DNA of 64,000 nucleotides from the human T2T-CHM13v2.0 reference genome, Homo sapiens: the NCBI RefSeq assembly GCF_009914755.1, contig NC_060926.1; one strand, 5' to 3'. Below, one piece after another: positions 15,401 to 28,833 of the stretch (position 1 is the stretch's first letter; each line of letters starts with the position of its first letter). A model generated the notes under the pieces. That model worked only from the letters and a program-made list of their open reading frames with translations, did no database searches and was not told the origin of the DNA. A program made the position numbers and the translations under genes.

Positions 15401-17744
15401 AGAAAAATTTCTAAAACAAGGATCGTGTTCCAATTTTATAACTAGAATGTTTTGAAAAACTTTGAGTACATTTTATTATATTTTATATTTACTGTGATAC
15501 AAAGATCTATGCAGTAAATTAATTTATTTTCCAAACTCAGGTGAATGCGTACTGTGGAGCAGGCTTTGTGTTGAGTGTTAGGCTTAGAAAGATAAATGAC
15601 ATGAGGAGCTTTTGATTCTAATAGAGGACAGGATTCATATTTAATACAGTTCTGTGTCTTCAAGTGAATTTGGACCACTTATTTTCTCACACAATGTTAT
15701 GCTATCTATTTCAGTCAATGTAAATACTTCTCCCTTTTGGATTCTGAGACTCAGGGTTAAATATTGAATCCAGTAGCAGTGGTTAACTAAGCCTAACTTT
15801 GTGAAATAGTTTTCTCATTTCCTAAGCATTTTAGTCAGATTTTTAAATATTTATCTCAAGTGTGTATCAATGCCATTTAGCTATCATGAATTCTTTTAGA
15901 AAACAGACCAACTTAAAAATTAGAAAATCATATTAAAATACATTTGAATGTTTTTTCTGCATTTTTTATTGTTATCCATATTTGATATTCAATTTCATCT
16001 CTGCAAAATAACTCTGAACTATACATTTGTTACAAAATATTTCAAGAAAATCTAACAAGTTACAATACAAGAGTAGCTTTAATAAAATCTTAGTGTAAAA
16101 GTTTTGGTAGAAGTAATAGAATCTACCAATGATTGGACTCAATAAATTTAAAACAGCACTGGAGTAAACAGCAGCTCAAGACAATAACTGTTTCTGTTGT
16201 TTTTATTTCCATTTATATTAATTAACTAAGCACCTTCTAAACATATGAGCATTGATAATGTTTGAAACAACACTGAGTGACAGATACTTTCCCTCATTTT
16301 ATATTAAAAGATAACTGAAGCTCTAGGATATCAGTGGCTTGTATAAAATAACCCAGCTTGACTTGAAGGCGTTTGTGAAAGACTATGTATTAGACCTTAG
16401 ACCTGCTGTTTAGGCCACCTAGTGTCTTAAAACAAAAACAAAAACAAACCTAGGTTATCCATAATAACGTATATCTATTGCAAGGATAACAGTGCATGAG
16501 GTAGCAGCAGAAGTCCGTTTATCAGCTGCACATCAACCTAGGTCCAATTCTTCAAATTCCATAATGTAAAGGAGTTTGCATAACTACACAGAAACATGCT
16601 TGCCAATCCTTAAGTCAGAAATCCCAGCCACATAAGCCACCCATTTTCCAAAGGGAAGAGTTTGCTTGAGATGGTCTGAATATCATTTGATGTGCTATAG
16701 TTCTACTGGGCAGTTCTAGTCAGCTATGTCTGCATGAACAGCTAAAGAACCCTATTCGGTCCTGCCCATTAGCCAAATAAGAAGGGCCTCTACACCAAAC
16801 CCATGTATTTAAAGGACTACACGTATCACACATATACAAAGTAAGAAATGTACTAAAGAGCATTCAGACTTTTCTGTTACTTAGCATAGGTAAACTGTAA
16901 CCGACATATCCTTTCTTTTGGTGAACAATGTTCAAGTTTTATAAAAAATCTTGTCAACATCTTTTGTTCTAAGTTCTCAAAAGAAAAGCAAATAAAAAAT
17001 ATCATGAAAGGTTATGGGTTTTACTATGCTGCCAGTTTTGGAAAGACACTGCTTCAGAGTATAGGAGAAATTTGAAGAGTTAAAGCTCTTAAGTAACTGA
17101 AAAGATTAATCAAGTAAGTTGTTTCAACATTCTTCCCAGATACTAATTCTTGCATAATTAATTATTGTTTCCCAGGAATAATGAAGGTTCATTTTATTGT
17201 CTCCCTTTATATTTTAATTTGTAGAAACTGATTAACTAGGAGGATATTTGCAACAGTTGCAAATGGCTACTGAGGAATTTTTTTGGTATTAAATAGCTTC
17301 AGAAATATGTATTAAATAACAAACAAAAATATATACATATACAGAGAGACAGAATGAAGTGTAATACTATTTATTTCATGGATACACAGGTAGATATTGA
17401 ATAGTAGAATTGTAAATAGTTATAGTTTTATTAATTTATAAATGTAATTAAATTTTTAAAATTAACTTTAGAATTCTGGATATCTAAATAATTCTGATAT
17501 TGTTTATTTATAACTTCTGGTAATTAAGAGATGTGGTACGTAGGCCTCCATATGTTTTCTTGCTGTGAGATGCCAAGTGTAAACAATCAGCCTGTTCTGG
17601 GGTCAGGCAACAGTCTAGGAAAAATTTGCTATGGCCACATGAGTGGCCTGGTATCTTCCCCTAACAAAACATGTGGCACTAGCAATGCCTGCTAAGATGG
17701 AGAAGGAAATTAGACTGGACCAAGTACTTTAAAAAATGGCTGTG

Positions 17745-18104
<360 letters not shown>

Positions 18105-18799
18105 TCAGCCCACCTAGAATATAATATCTAATGGTTGGTATTTTTCAAACCTTAAATCAGAAATCAGCAATCTTTCCGAAACACGAAACTTTCTACTTCT
18201 TGAGTTATACAGGGAAAGGGTCTAGAGTCTGCCCATTTGGTAGCCACCACATCACTGCTCTTACCTATAATTCTAATGTATTAATGGCAGGATGTGGATG
18301 CTTATCCAGTTTCCAGTCACAATCAGAGACAACTGAGTAGAAGGTTATTTTGAATATGCCCTCACATGAACAATAGCCTGAGTCTTCTTTTGAAAGAAAA
18401 ACACAGAAGGAGATGGAGAGATCAATCCTTAAGCCACTATTAGCTAGATTTACCACTTAACTCACATGAGTTAAGGAGGAAAATTCAGGGTTGTAAAGAT
18501 AAGAATAGTAACAATAATTATAGCTACCAATTATTAAGCATCAACTATGTTCCAGAAACTTGACATACATTAATCAACACAGTAAATGTGCAAGGACCAC
18601 ACTGATAGACAATGTTGATCAATTAAAAAACTGTGATTAAGGAAAATGAGTCAGTTATCCAGAGACCCTAAGCAACTAACTGCTAGAGGCAAAATTTCAA
18701 CCCAAGTTGTCAGACTTCAAACTTTTTACAGAAAGGAGAGTTTACAGAACAGGGGATGAACCTCAAAAGTATAACTCTGGGTAATGTAAAGACAATCTA

Positions 18800-18915
18800 G
18801 GTCGGTGATTTGCAAACTTGAATGCACATGGAATTCACCCAGAGGTCTTGTTAAAAACGAATTCGATTTCAGTAGGTCTGGGTGGGACTTAATCTGCATT
18901 TTTAAAGCTTTTAAT
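18800..18915. mobile_element. MER5A-like hAT-Charlie DNA transposon fragment, flanked by MIR pieces
   Basis: 'gtcttgttaaaaac...gatttcagtaggtctgggtggga...aatctgcattttta'. Confidence 0.6.
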
Positions 18916-19366
18916 GGCAAGCATTTGTTCAAACCTCATTATTTGCAGGTGAGTAAAGTGAGATGCAGAAAAGTTAGGTGATTGGCTCCATGCCAAGCAG
19001 TTTGTTCAATGTGGACAGAGAAAGTATCTCCAAATTGTTCTGGTTCATTTTCCAGTTTATTGTACAAATTGCTCAAAATGAGCATATAGCCATTGCTAGA
19101 GAATTTCAGTCTATCCATATATCTATTCAATATAAATTCTGCTCCTGCACAACTACAACCTCATGCTGCTATAATTTATGTACTATAGAGTCCAAACTTC
19201 TCCCTTAGTTTCTGTTGCCATATTTAAGATTACCAGATAGATTCCTGAAAATTAGGTGAAAATGGATTTTTTCAAGTAAATTATTATTTAAATGCTTCAA
19301 AAGAAGGCTTGGTTTTTTGGGTAGAGAGTAATAAGTTCTGTCATTCAAATATACAGAATTTTTTGA

Positions 19367-19707
<341 letters not shown>

Positions 19708-19723
19708 CCTGTTTACCATAACA

Positions 19724-19851
19724 TTTTTATTTTATTTTTTAGAGACGAGGTTTCACTACGTTGCCAAGGCTTACCTCTTGGGCTCAGGTGATCCTCCCAC
19801 CTCAGCCTCCTGAGTACCTGAGACTACAGGCGTGCACCACTGCACCCAGCT
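19724..19851 (-). mobile_element. FLAM (free left Alu monomer)
   Basis: About 130 bp monomer with polyT tail; flanked by tgtttaccataa copies. Confidence 0.85.
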
Positions 19852-22800
19852 TTGTTTACCATAATCTCTTAAATCAAGGGAATACTAGATAATTAATGAA
19901 GTGTATCAACAAAAATAACCCAAACTCTAACTCGATGACCTGGCACAGATCCGTAAGCACATTATTAATATATCTGTACAGATTATGTTATCTCCACTGA
20001 AAGACATCTTCCTACATAAGGGAATAATAAATTCAAATTTATTATTTTATATTTCTCAGAGCTCATTATCTTGATTTGGAGAAACATTCCTTCTGACTTG
20101 TGCATTTTAAGTAGATTTCTCTAGAACCTACTGCAATGCAGCTTGTTCTTGGCAAAAAAAGAAAAGGCAATTCATTTTCTGATTTCAGAAATTCTTTTAA
20201 AAATAATGTCAAAAATAAATTGAAAAATAAGAGGGCCATACTCTGTCATAACTAAAGTGTTTTTCAGAGATAGGCGTCCCAAGCAATAACATCTATGGGA
20301 TGGAATAAATTCCTCAGGCAAGCTGATTTTCATTTCTCTAATAGTCATTCTAATTAGGAGCAATGTATTTCTCCTGAACATATGTTACATATTATCACCA
20401 ACGGACATGGTGTTTATACGTGGTATTCTTAGGCAAATTACATCCTACTTGCTTGAATACATTAAGTGATTTCTTGGGAGTTTCTGAGCTGACTGTATTT
20501 TAAAACCAGGTCCCTCTCCTCTTTTGTCTTCCTTTGTGTGCTTGCCAATTCCTAAGTAGCTGTTTTATGCCAAGTTAATCAAATAGGATCGCACCAACCC
20601 CAGCAGTTGGGTCGTTCTTTTTAAGCACATCACAGTCATCTAGCCCTCTCACTCCATTCCGTTTCTCTCCTTTCCCCTTCCTCCCTCCTGCTGTCTGCTT
20701 TGACATGATTTTACTTTCTTGTCTTTTCACTAAAGGATTCACCTGAGAATAAATAAGATTAAATTTTACAGTTTGTTATGGTTACTTATCAGAGGAAAAG
20801 AATAATGTCAGCTGTTTCTCCTTCTCTCTTTCACTCTGCCCTCATCCCACACACACAAAAACTAATCACTTTACAGATTTTAGAATGCAAACAAATCATT
20901 TAGAAAATTATCATATCATTATGTTCTAATCAACCTGGATCAATAGCCATTTCCTGACATACTATTGCACTTCTCTAGGTCCATACTGTCCCCACTAGCA
21001 GGGATGTGTTTTACCTATGTAGGTGCCTGTCAAAATGCTCTCCCTCCTTCAAGGCCCAATTACCATCTCTTTGCATCTATTTCTGCTTTGTAACTGGTCT
21101 TTCCCACTTTAGTGCCCCCAAAGACTAAGCTTTTTGAAATCAGTTCCAATATCTTGTTTATCTTGTCTCTCCACAGGAGTTATATTTGTGTTTTATTCAC
21201 GGTGGAACTCACTGCTAGTTTGATAAAGGTCACAGGACAGCAAATGTTAATAATTTCAGGAAAAAATCAGTGCTATAGAAACACAGTTGGCTGTCACAAC
21301 TTCCTTTGAGTGTCACCAGAAATAGTAACCAGCCAGTTTCCTGATCATCTACTTTCTTGCACCAGAGTTCCATTTGCTTACAGATGCTATAAGTGCTGTG
21401 TGATTCTGCTGAAAATGTCTTACATAGATGAGGACAAAGCTAATAGAAGGCATCCCAAGGCATAAGTGACATCAGATGGTAGAATACAGTTAAGTCTAGG
21501 AGTCTAAGCAAGAAGGAAGAGCATCATTAATAGCATAGGTTTAGGCATAGAAGGAACCAAGTTCAGGGTTTTAACTGAACGCAATGGTTACACCATTTTG
21601 TAAGGATTCTATTTGAAAGTCATGAAATTGTGCTGCCTGCCATATTATAATTATTGTGCGCTTATGTGTATGTGTGACAATTGATTAGGAATATACATAC
21701 CCTCACCAATGAAAACCTCTGAAATTAGGTAAAACTTCCTAATGAATCTATACCTTAACAAAGATAATGGCACTTATGTACGTATAATAATTAACAATAG
21801 GTACACGATCAAGAAACATTACGTATTCAGGCTACAGACCAATCTTGGTGCACGTATGGATTCAAAAACTACATATGATAATTCTGGAGCCTCCAGAAGT
21901 CAGAAACCCCTTGGTTGGGAACTCAAAATTTGAGGCTGTACTAGCAGATATTGTGGATTTGAATTAAGACTATAGACTACAAAGTCCAGACGGGATAGAA
22001 GTGAAACGGAGCAATCATGACAACATAGGTTAAACCTCAATCCCATGGTGCAGTCTTTCTTTTTCTTCAGTCTTATATTTCCTTTGGTATGTGGTGGATT
22101 TGAGCCTGAAAATGTTAAATAAAGTTAACAAAAATAAAAATGCAGGTGACTCATGCACCTACTCTTGCAGGCTTTTAAATGTTCTCCGTAAAACTCTATT
22201 CCACTACATGAGGGTGAATATTTTTTTTCTTTTTTCCTTTGATAACCATAGTATTCCTGGTGCCTATATGATACTAGCACATAGTAACTGCTCAATAAAT
22301 TATAACTGAGTAAATTAAAAAATTCATTTATTATTGAGCTGAATAAATTAATAAATGGGTACCTAGAGACCAACGTTTATGTGACTTGCTGTTTACTACC
22401 TGGATGGGGACAACTTCTGGGAAAAGGTGACAAATAGCAAAAAGGTGATCAATAGAAAGAGTGCCTGTTTTGCATGGCTTTTCTCAATATGGCAGAGAAC
22501 TGTGACTGCATGCATACTAAAAACTCTGAACAACTTCACAGAGGGAAGGCCATCAATAGATATTGTTCAATACTGACGGTATATCAGACTGAAACTTGAG
22601 CTTTAGAGATGACCAGCATTTCCTGCAGAAAAAAGAATGAAGTACTGGAGGGAAAAAAACACAGATACCAATCCCAGCTCAAGATCAACTGGTCCAACTA
22701 AGTCATTTAACATCTTAGGATGTTGGTTTTCTTACCTAAAAAATAAAGAGTTAGGTCACCCCTTTTCAGATCCCTTCCAGTTTTAAGAGTCTGTAAAACT

Positions 22801-23054
22801 ACTTGATCCGTTTTTACTTCCAAACCTTGTGTGTCTTTCTGTAAGTGCTTTGACTATTAACCTTAAGCAGGGTTCAATTCAAAAAGTGCATGTAAATGAT
22901 CAGTAGCAGTGTTAAATGGGCAGCTGTTCCTAACTTTACATTGTTTAACCATCATTGCCTTTCCTTCTTTGCACATAGCTTAAAGAAAATCCAAAGGAGG
23001 TTGCAAAAAAAAAAAATACTTGAATTGATCGATCTAGACAGTTGATCACTTTGT

Positions 23055-23240
23055 AATAGTGTTTCTCAAAGGGTGATAGTTAGACCTCTGACCGCAGAAC
23101 CACCAGGGCTCTGGTTTAAAATGGGAGTTGCTAGATCCTACATGAGAGTCTATGAGTCACTATGTTTAGAGATGACATCCAGGAATATAATTTTTTTACA
23201 ACTATGCTTAAATATATGAATCTTTTGAAAATCACTGGTA
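23055..23240. mobile_element. MER5-like DNA transposon fragment
   Basis: 'agtgtttctcaaag' start and 'tttgaaaatcactgg' end form degenerate terminal inverted repeats. Confidence 0.5.
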
Positions 23241-24377
23241 ATGGGATTTTTTCACCAACATAGCCATGGGCATTTATGGGTTAGAGAAATCAAATAGCTA
23301 GTAAAAAATAGAGAAAAATTATGCAAATATATCTGACCCAGCCCGGTCTAAGGTGGAATTTTTAAAGAAAAAGTGTAAAATGGAAGCTAACATCTCTTTC
23401 AGCTAAATGTTCCCGTAATTTTTTTCTCACAGCTGTAGAAAAGCCACAATTTTCCTTTTACAAGATTGACAGCTGTTTAATTTTTAAAAGCTGATTAACA
23501 TTTCTAACTACAGATAAATGGAGAAATAATTCAGTCAAAACTGTTCAAAATTAATCTGCTGCTCTTCTGCTTTAAATAATATTCTGCGATTTCCCACACA
23601 TTTTTCTCTTTCCTAACATATTTTCCTTATTTTTTTAACCAAGCAGGCTGTGACCTACAAAGAGTCTGTTGAAATGATATATGGGAGGTTTATCTTTTCC
23701 TCCACTGGGGAAGCTCTCTAATGGCCAAAAGCTGTGTTTTGCTATATGCTGCGTGAGACCATAAACTCCCTGGGAGCTGGGTGATGAATGCTCATATAAT
23801 GAGTAATTTTTTTTTCTTTTCCAATTGGGCTTAGATTAATTTCGTTTATTCTAATAAGTGGATGGATGCAGACATAAAGGATTTTTTTTTTTAGAAAATA
23901 ATCAAACACATTTTATTATTCATTATTTTAAATGATTCACTTAAATTCTTTATATCATTGAACAATTAAAATATTCTACATTGTGAAATGTGCACAGGGG
24001 TTTCCATAATAGAGAAGCTTTCATTTCAGAAATGTATATTCTGTACATTGATTTAGTAGTTGATCCAGTCAACACATTTTTTTTAAAGATTATTAAACTT
24101 TAATAAAAAGACAACACATTTTTTAAAAAAGGGCAAAAGACAAGTCACAAAGGAAGATATACAAAGAACAATAACTACATGAGAAAATGCTGAAAATCAT
24201 TTACCATGGAGAAAACTAATAGAAACATAAATTAGACTTATAATATTTTGTAAAATACATCAAAGAGAGGAAAGAAAATGATTTGAAGTAAAATAAGAAA
24301 TAAACAGGTACAAAGGATCCAAAAATTAGTGACAGATACAGAAAAATGCACAAAAGTATTTAGTACGATTGGAGTTC

Positions 24378-25199
24378 TTTTTTTTTTAATTATTATTATA
24401 CTTTAAGTTTTAGGGTACATGAGCACAATGTGCAGGTTAGTTACATATGTATACATGTGCCATGCTGGTGTGCTGCCAAACAACACATGAAAAAATGCTC
24501 ATCATCACTGGCCATCAGAGAAATGCATATCAAAACCACAATGAGATACCATCTCACACCAGTTAGAATGGCAATCATTAAAAAGTCAGGAAACAACAGG
24601 TGCTGGAGAGGATGTGGAGAAATAGGAACACTTTGACACTGTTGGTGGGACTGTAAACCAGTTCAACCATTGTGGAAGTCAGTGTGGCGATTCCTCAGGG
24701 ATCTAGAACTAGAAATACCATTTGACCCAGCCATCCCATTACTGGGTACATACCCAAAGGACTATAAATCATGCTGCTATAAAGACACATGCACACGTAT
24801 GTTTATTGTGGCACTATTCACAATAGCAAAGACTTGGAACCAACCCAAGTGTTCACCAATGATAGACTGGATTAAGAAAATGTGGCACATATACACCATG
24901 GAATACTAGGCAGCCATAAAAAATGATGTGTTCATGTCCTTTGTAGGACATGGATGAAATTGGAAAGCATCATTCTCAGTAAACTATCACAAGAACAAAA
25001 AACCAAACACCACTTATTCTCACTCATAGGTGGGAACTGAACAATGAGAACACATGGACACAGGAAGGGGAACATCACACTCTGGGGACTGTTGTGGAGT
25101 GGGGGGAGGGGGTAGGGATAGCATTAGGAGATATACCTAATGCTAAATGACGAATTAATGGGTGCAGCACACCAGCATGGCACATGTATACATATGTAA
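24378..25199 (-). mobile_element. 5'-inverted L1PA (L1PA2/3-like), about 0.8 kb
   Basis: Minus-strand polyA and last ~100 bp at 24378-24476; inverted segment 24477-25199 (ORF2 C-terminus [11 protein letters not shown]... plus 3'UTR); no clear TSD. Confidence 0.92.
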
Positions 25200-25253
25200 A
25201 GGATTTTTTTAACATTATCTGAGTTTACAATAGCTATTTTAAAATTTGGAACT

Positions 25254-25766
25254 TGCGATAGTTTGCTGAGAATGATGGTTTCCAGCTTCATCCATGTCCC
25301 TACAAAGGACATGAACTCATAATTTTTTATGGCTGCATAGTATTCCATGGTATATATGTGCCACATTTTCTTAATCCAGTCTATCATTGTTGGACATTTG
25401 GGTTGGTTCCAAGTCTTTGCTATTGTGAATAGTGCCGCAATAAACATATGTGTGCATGTGTCTTTATAGCAGCATGATTTATAATCCTTGGGTATACACC
25501 CAGTAAAAAACCAAACACCGCATGTTCTCATTCATAGGTGGGAATTGAACAATGAGAACACATGGACACAGGAAGGGGAACATCACACACCCGGGACTGG
25601 TGTGGGGTAGGGGGAGGGGGGAGGAATAGCATTAGGAGATATACCTAATGCTAAATGACGAGTTAATGGGTGCAGCACACCAACATGGCACATGTATACA
25701 TATGTAACAAACCTGCACGTTGTGCACATGTACCCTGAATCATAAAGTATAATAATAATTTTTTAA
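25254..25766 (+). mobile_element. 5'-inverted L1PA (L1PA3/4-like), about 0.5 kb
   Basis: Inverted part 25254-25505, sense 3'UTR 25506-25766; TSD aaaatttggaact at 25241-25253 and 25767-25779 with a TT/AAAA site. Confidence 0.93.
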
Positions 25767-25859
25767 AAAATTTGGAACTGATTGGTTTTTTGGATATTTT
25801 GATCGTTTTTGTTTTCTTGCAGAAACATTTATAAGTTGGTAAACTGCAATGTAAAATGA

Positions 25860-26569
<710 letters not shown>

Positions 26570-27259
26570 CTGCTCTCTTAATGTTAGGTATTGCTATTTG
26601 ACTTGCATTGGCCAACAGAAGTGTGTAAAAGTGAGGTGTCCTTTCTGGGGGTTGGCATTTAATTGGTAATGATTGATCCCACTGGAAAATCATGGACACA
26701 TGTGTTGGTGTGAAGGTGCCTCTCCTGAGAGATACAATCTGAGAGCTTGTTTGAAGGTTGCACAGTTGTTTTCAGCCTCTTTAATTGATTGCCAGTTTCT
26801 CCTCAAACACTTGTTCTTAATTGTCAGACTTGACTCTCCTGGAAAACTGAGGAAGATATTGTAAAAATCTTGCTGCTTCACAGAAATGTCCAGGATGAAA
26901 CTCCACTGCCTTTATCTTGTGCCATTCATCCTATTTCTGGAATCCAGTCCCCAGTGTATTTCAAGTGGCTCCTTTCATGCAGTGTTCTCATCTATGTGTG
27001 CCTAATCTCTTGGAAATTTCTCAGCATCAATATACCTTACCTCATTAGTCTCTTGTATTAGTCTGCAACTGGCATAGTTAACTAACAAGAGTTTCTCTTT
27101 CTAAAATTACAAAACAAAAAACAGATTATTTCACTGAAAATATCAGTAAAATTGGTTTCCTGCTCCAGTATTTTGTACCTCTCTCCTGTCACTTTATTTA
27201 TCCGTGGGACATAGTGAACCTATTCCCCAAACACATTCCAAACAAAATGTTTCAAACAT

Positions 27260-27620
27260 TGATATGGTTTGGCTGTGTCCCCACCCAAATCTCATCTTGA
27301 ACTGTAGCTCCCATAATTCCCAAGTATTGTGGGAGGGACCCAGTGGGAGGTAATTCAATCATGGGGGCAAGTATTTCCCGTGAGTTCTCGTGATAGTGAA
27401 TAAGTCTGATGATTTGATGGTTTTATAAAGGGGAGCTCCCCTGCACACACCCTCTTGCCTGCTGCCATGTAAGACGTGTCTTTCTCCTCCTTTGCCTTCT
27501 GCCATGATTGAGAAGCCTCCCTAGTCACGTGGAACTGTGAATTCATTAAACCTCTTTTTCTTTATAAATTACCGAGTCTTTAATATGTCTTTATTAGCAG
27601 TGTATGAACTGACTAATACA
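27260..27620 (+). mobile_element. THE1 (B/C-like) MaLR solo LTR
   Basis: tgatatggtttggctgtgtccccacccaaatctc...gactaataca; TG...CA ends; 5-bp TSD aacat at 27255-27259 and 27621-27625. Confidence 0.95.
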
Positions 27621-27908
27621 AACATTAAAACCAATTTCACAATTATATTAACATAGCATATTGTAGTATATATTGAGACATATGAATGTATATGAAGTAG
27701 GTATAACTTTATGTAAGGCATAAAGAATGAAGATACAAAAACATGACTACCAACAAGTTTAAGAAGAAAATTATTACGAATGCCTTTGATGTCCGGTGAC
27801 AGCTGAGCTTATCCCTGAGTATTCCTCCCCCCATCCTATCCACTTACATCCCTTTAGAGATAAACAATTGAGGATTTATTGTCCCCCTATTTTTATTTAC
27901 AGTCCTAC

Positions 27909-28460
27909 TGTCAGAGGCATGTGAACCAGAGCAACTCCATCTTGAATAAGAGTTAGGTAAAATGAGGCTAAGACCTACCGGGCTACATTACCAGACGGTT
28001 AAGGCATTCTAAGTCACAAGATGACATAGGAGGTTGACACAAAATACAGGTCATAAAGACCTTGCTGATGAAACAGGCTGCAGTGAAGAAGCCGGCCAAA
28101 ACACCAAAACCAAGATGGCCATGAGAGTGACCTCTGGTCATCCTCATTGCTACACTCCCACCAGCACCATAACAGTTTACAAATGCCAAGGCAATGTCAG
28201 GAAGTTACTCTATATGGTCTAAAAAGGGGAGGCATGAATAACCCACCCCTTGTTTAGCACATCAACAAGAAATAACTATAAAAATGGGCAACCAGCAGCC
28301 CTTGGGGCTGCTCTGCCTAGGGAGTAGCCATTCTTTTATTCCTTTACTTTTCTAATAAACTTGCTTTCACTTGACCCTGTGGAGTTGCCCTAAATTCTTT
28401 CTTGCATTAGATCCAAGAATCCTCTGTTGGGGTCTAGATTGGGACCCCTTTCCTGCAACA
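27909..28460 (+). mobile_element. MER41 (A-like, 552 bp) ERV1 solo LTR
   Basis: tgtcagaggcatgtgaaccagagcaactccatcttg...cctttcctgcaaca; 4-bp TSD ctac at 27905-27908 and 28461-28464. Confidence 0.93.
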
Positions 28461-28627
28461 CTACCACATATATTTGTACTAAGTTTTTGGTTTTCCTGAA
28501 CTTGGATGCTTTTGAACTTTATATAAATGAAATTATACAATGAGTATCCATGTACATCTTATTTTTCCACTCAATATTATACTCAATATTCATTCAGTTC
28601 TCTGCATATAGTTCACAATCATTTATT

Positions 28628-28833
28628 CCTCCACTGTAAAAATTCCACTGTACAAATTCCACTGTACAATATTCTACTGTATCATATATATATATATTCA
28701 TTCCAGTATTGATTGACATTTGGTTTTATTCAATTTCAGTTTTTTTAAATTGCAGATGATGTTTATATTGGTTGACATTTGGTTTTATTCAGTTTTATAT
28801 CAGGATTTTTAAAATAATTGTAGATTATGCTTT
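28628..28833. repeat. Short tandem duplications inside an old L1M fragment
   Basis: About 14-bp unit ccactgtacaaatt x4, and a ~60 bp duplication starting tattg(a/g)ttgacatttggttttattc at 28707 and 28766. Confidence 0.8.

Noticed and set aside
25600-25630. G-quadruplex-like G-tracts (also about 25095-25120 and about 46875-46900)
   Set aside because: Standard L1 3'UTR polypurine tract
27909-28460. MER41 as an interferon-gamma/STAT1 enhancer
   Set aside because: I found no TTCNNNGAA motif in this copy
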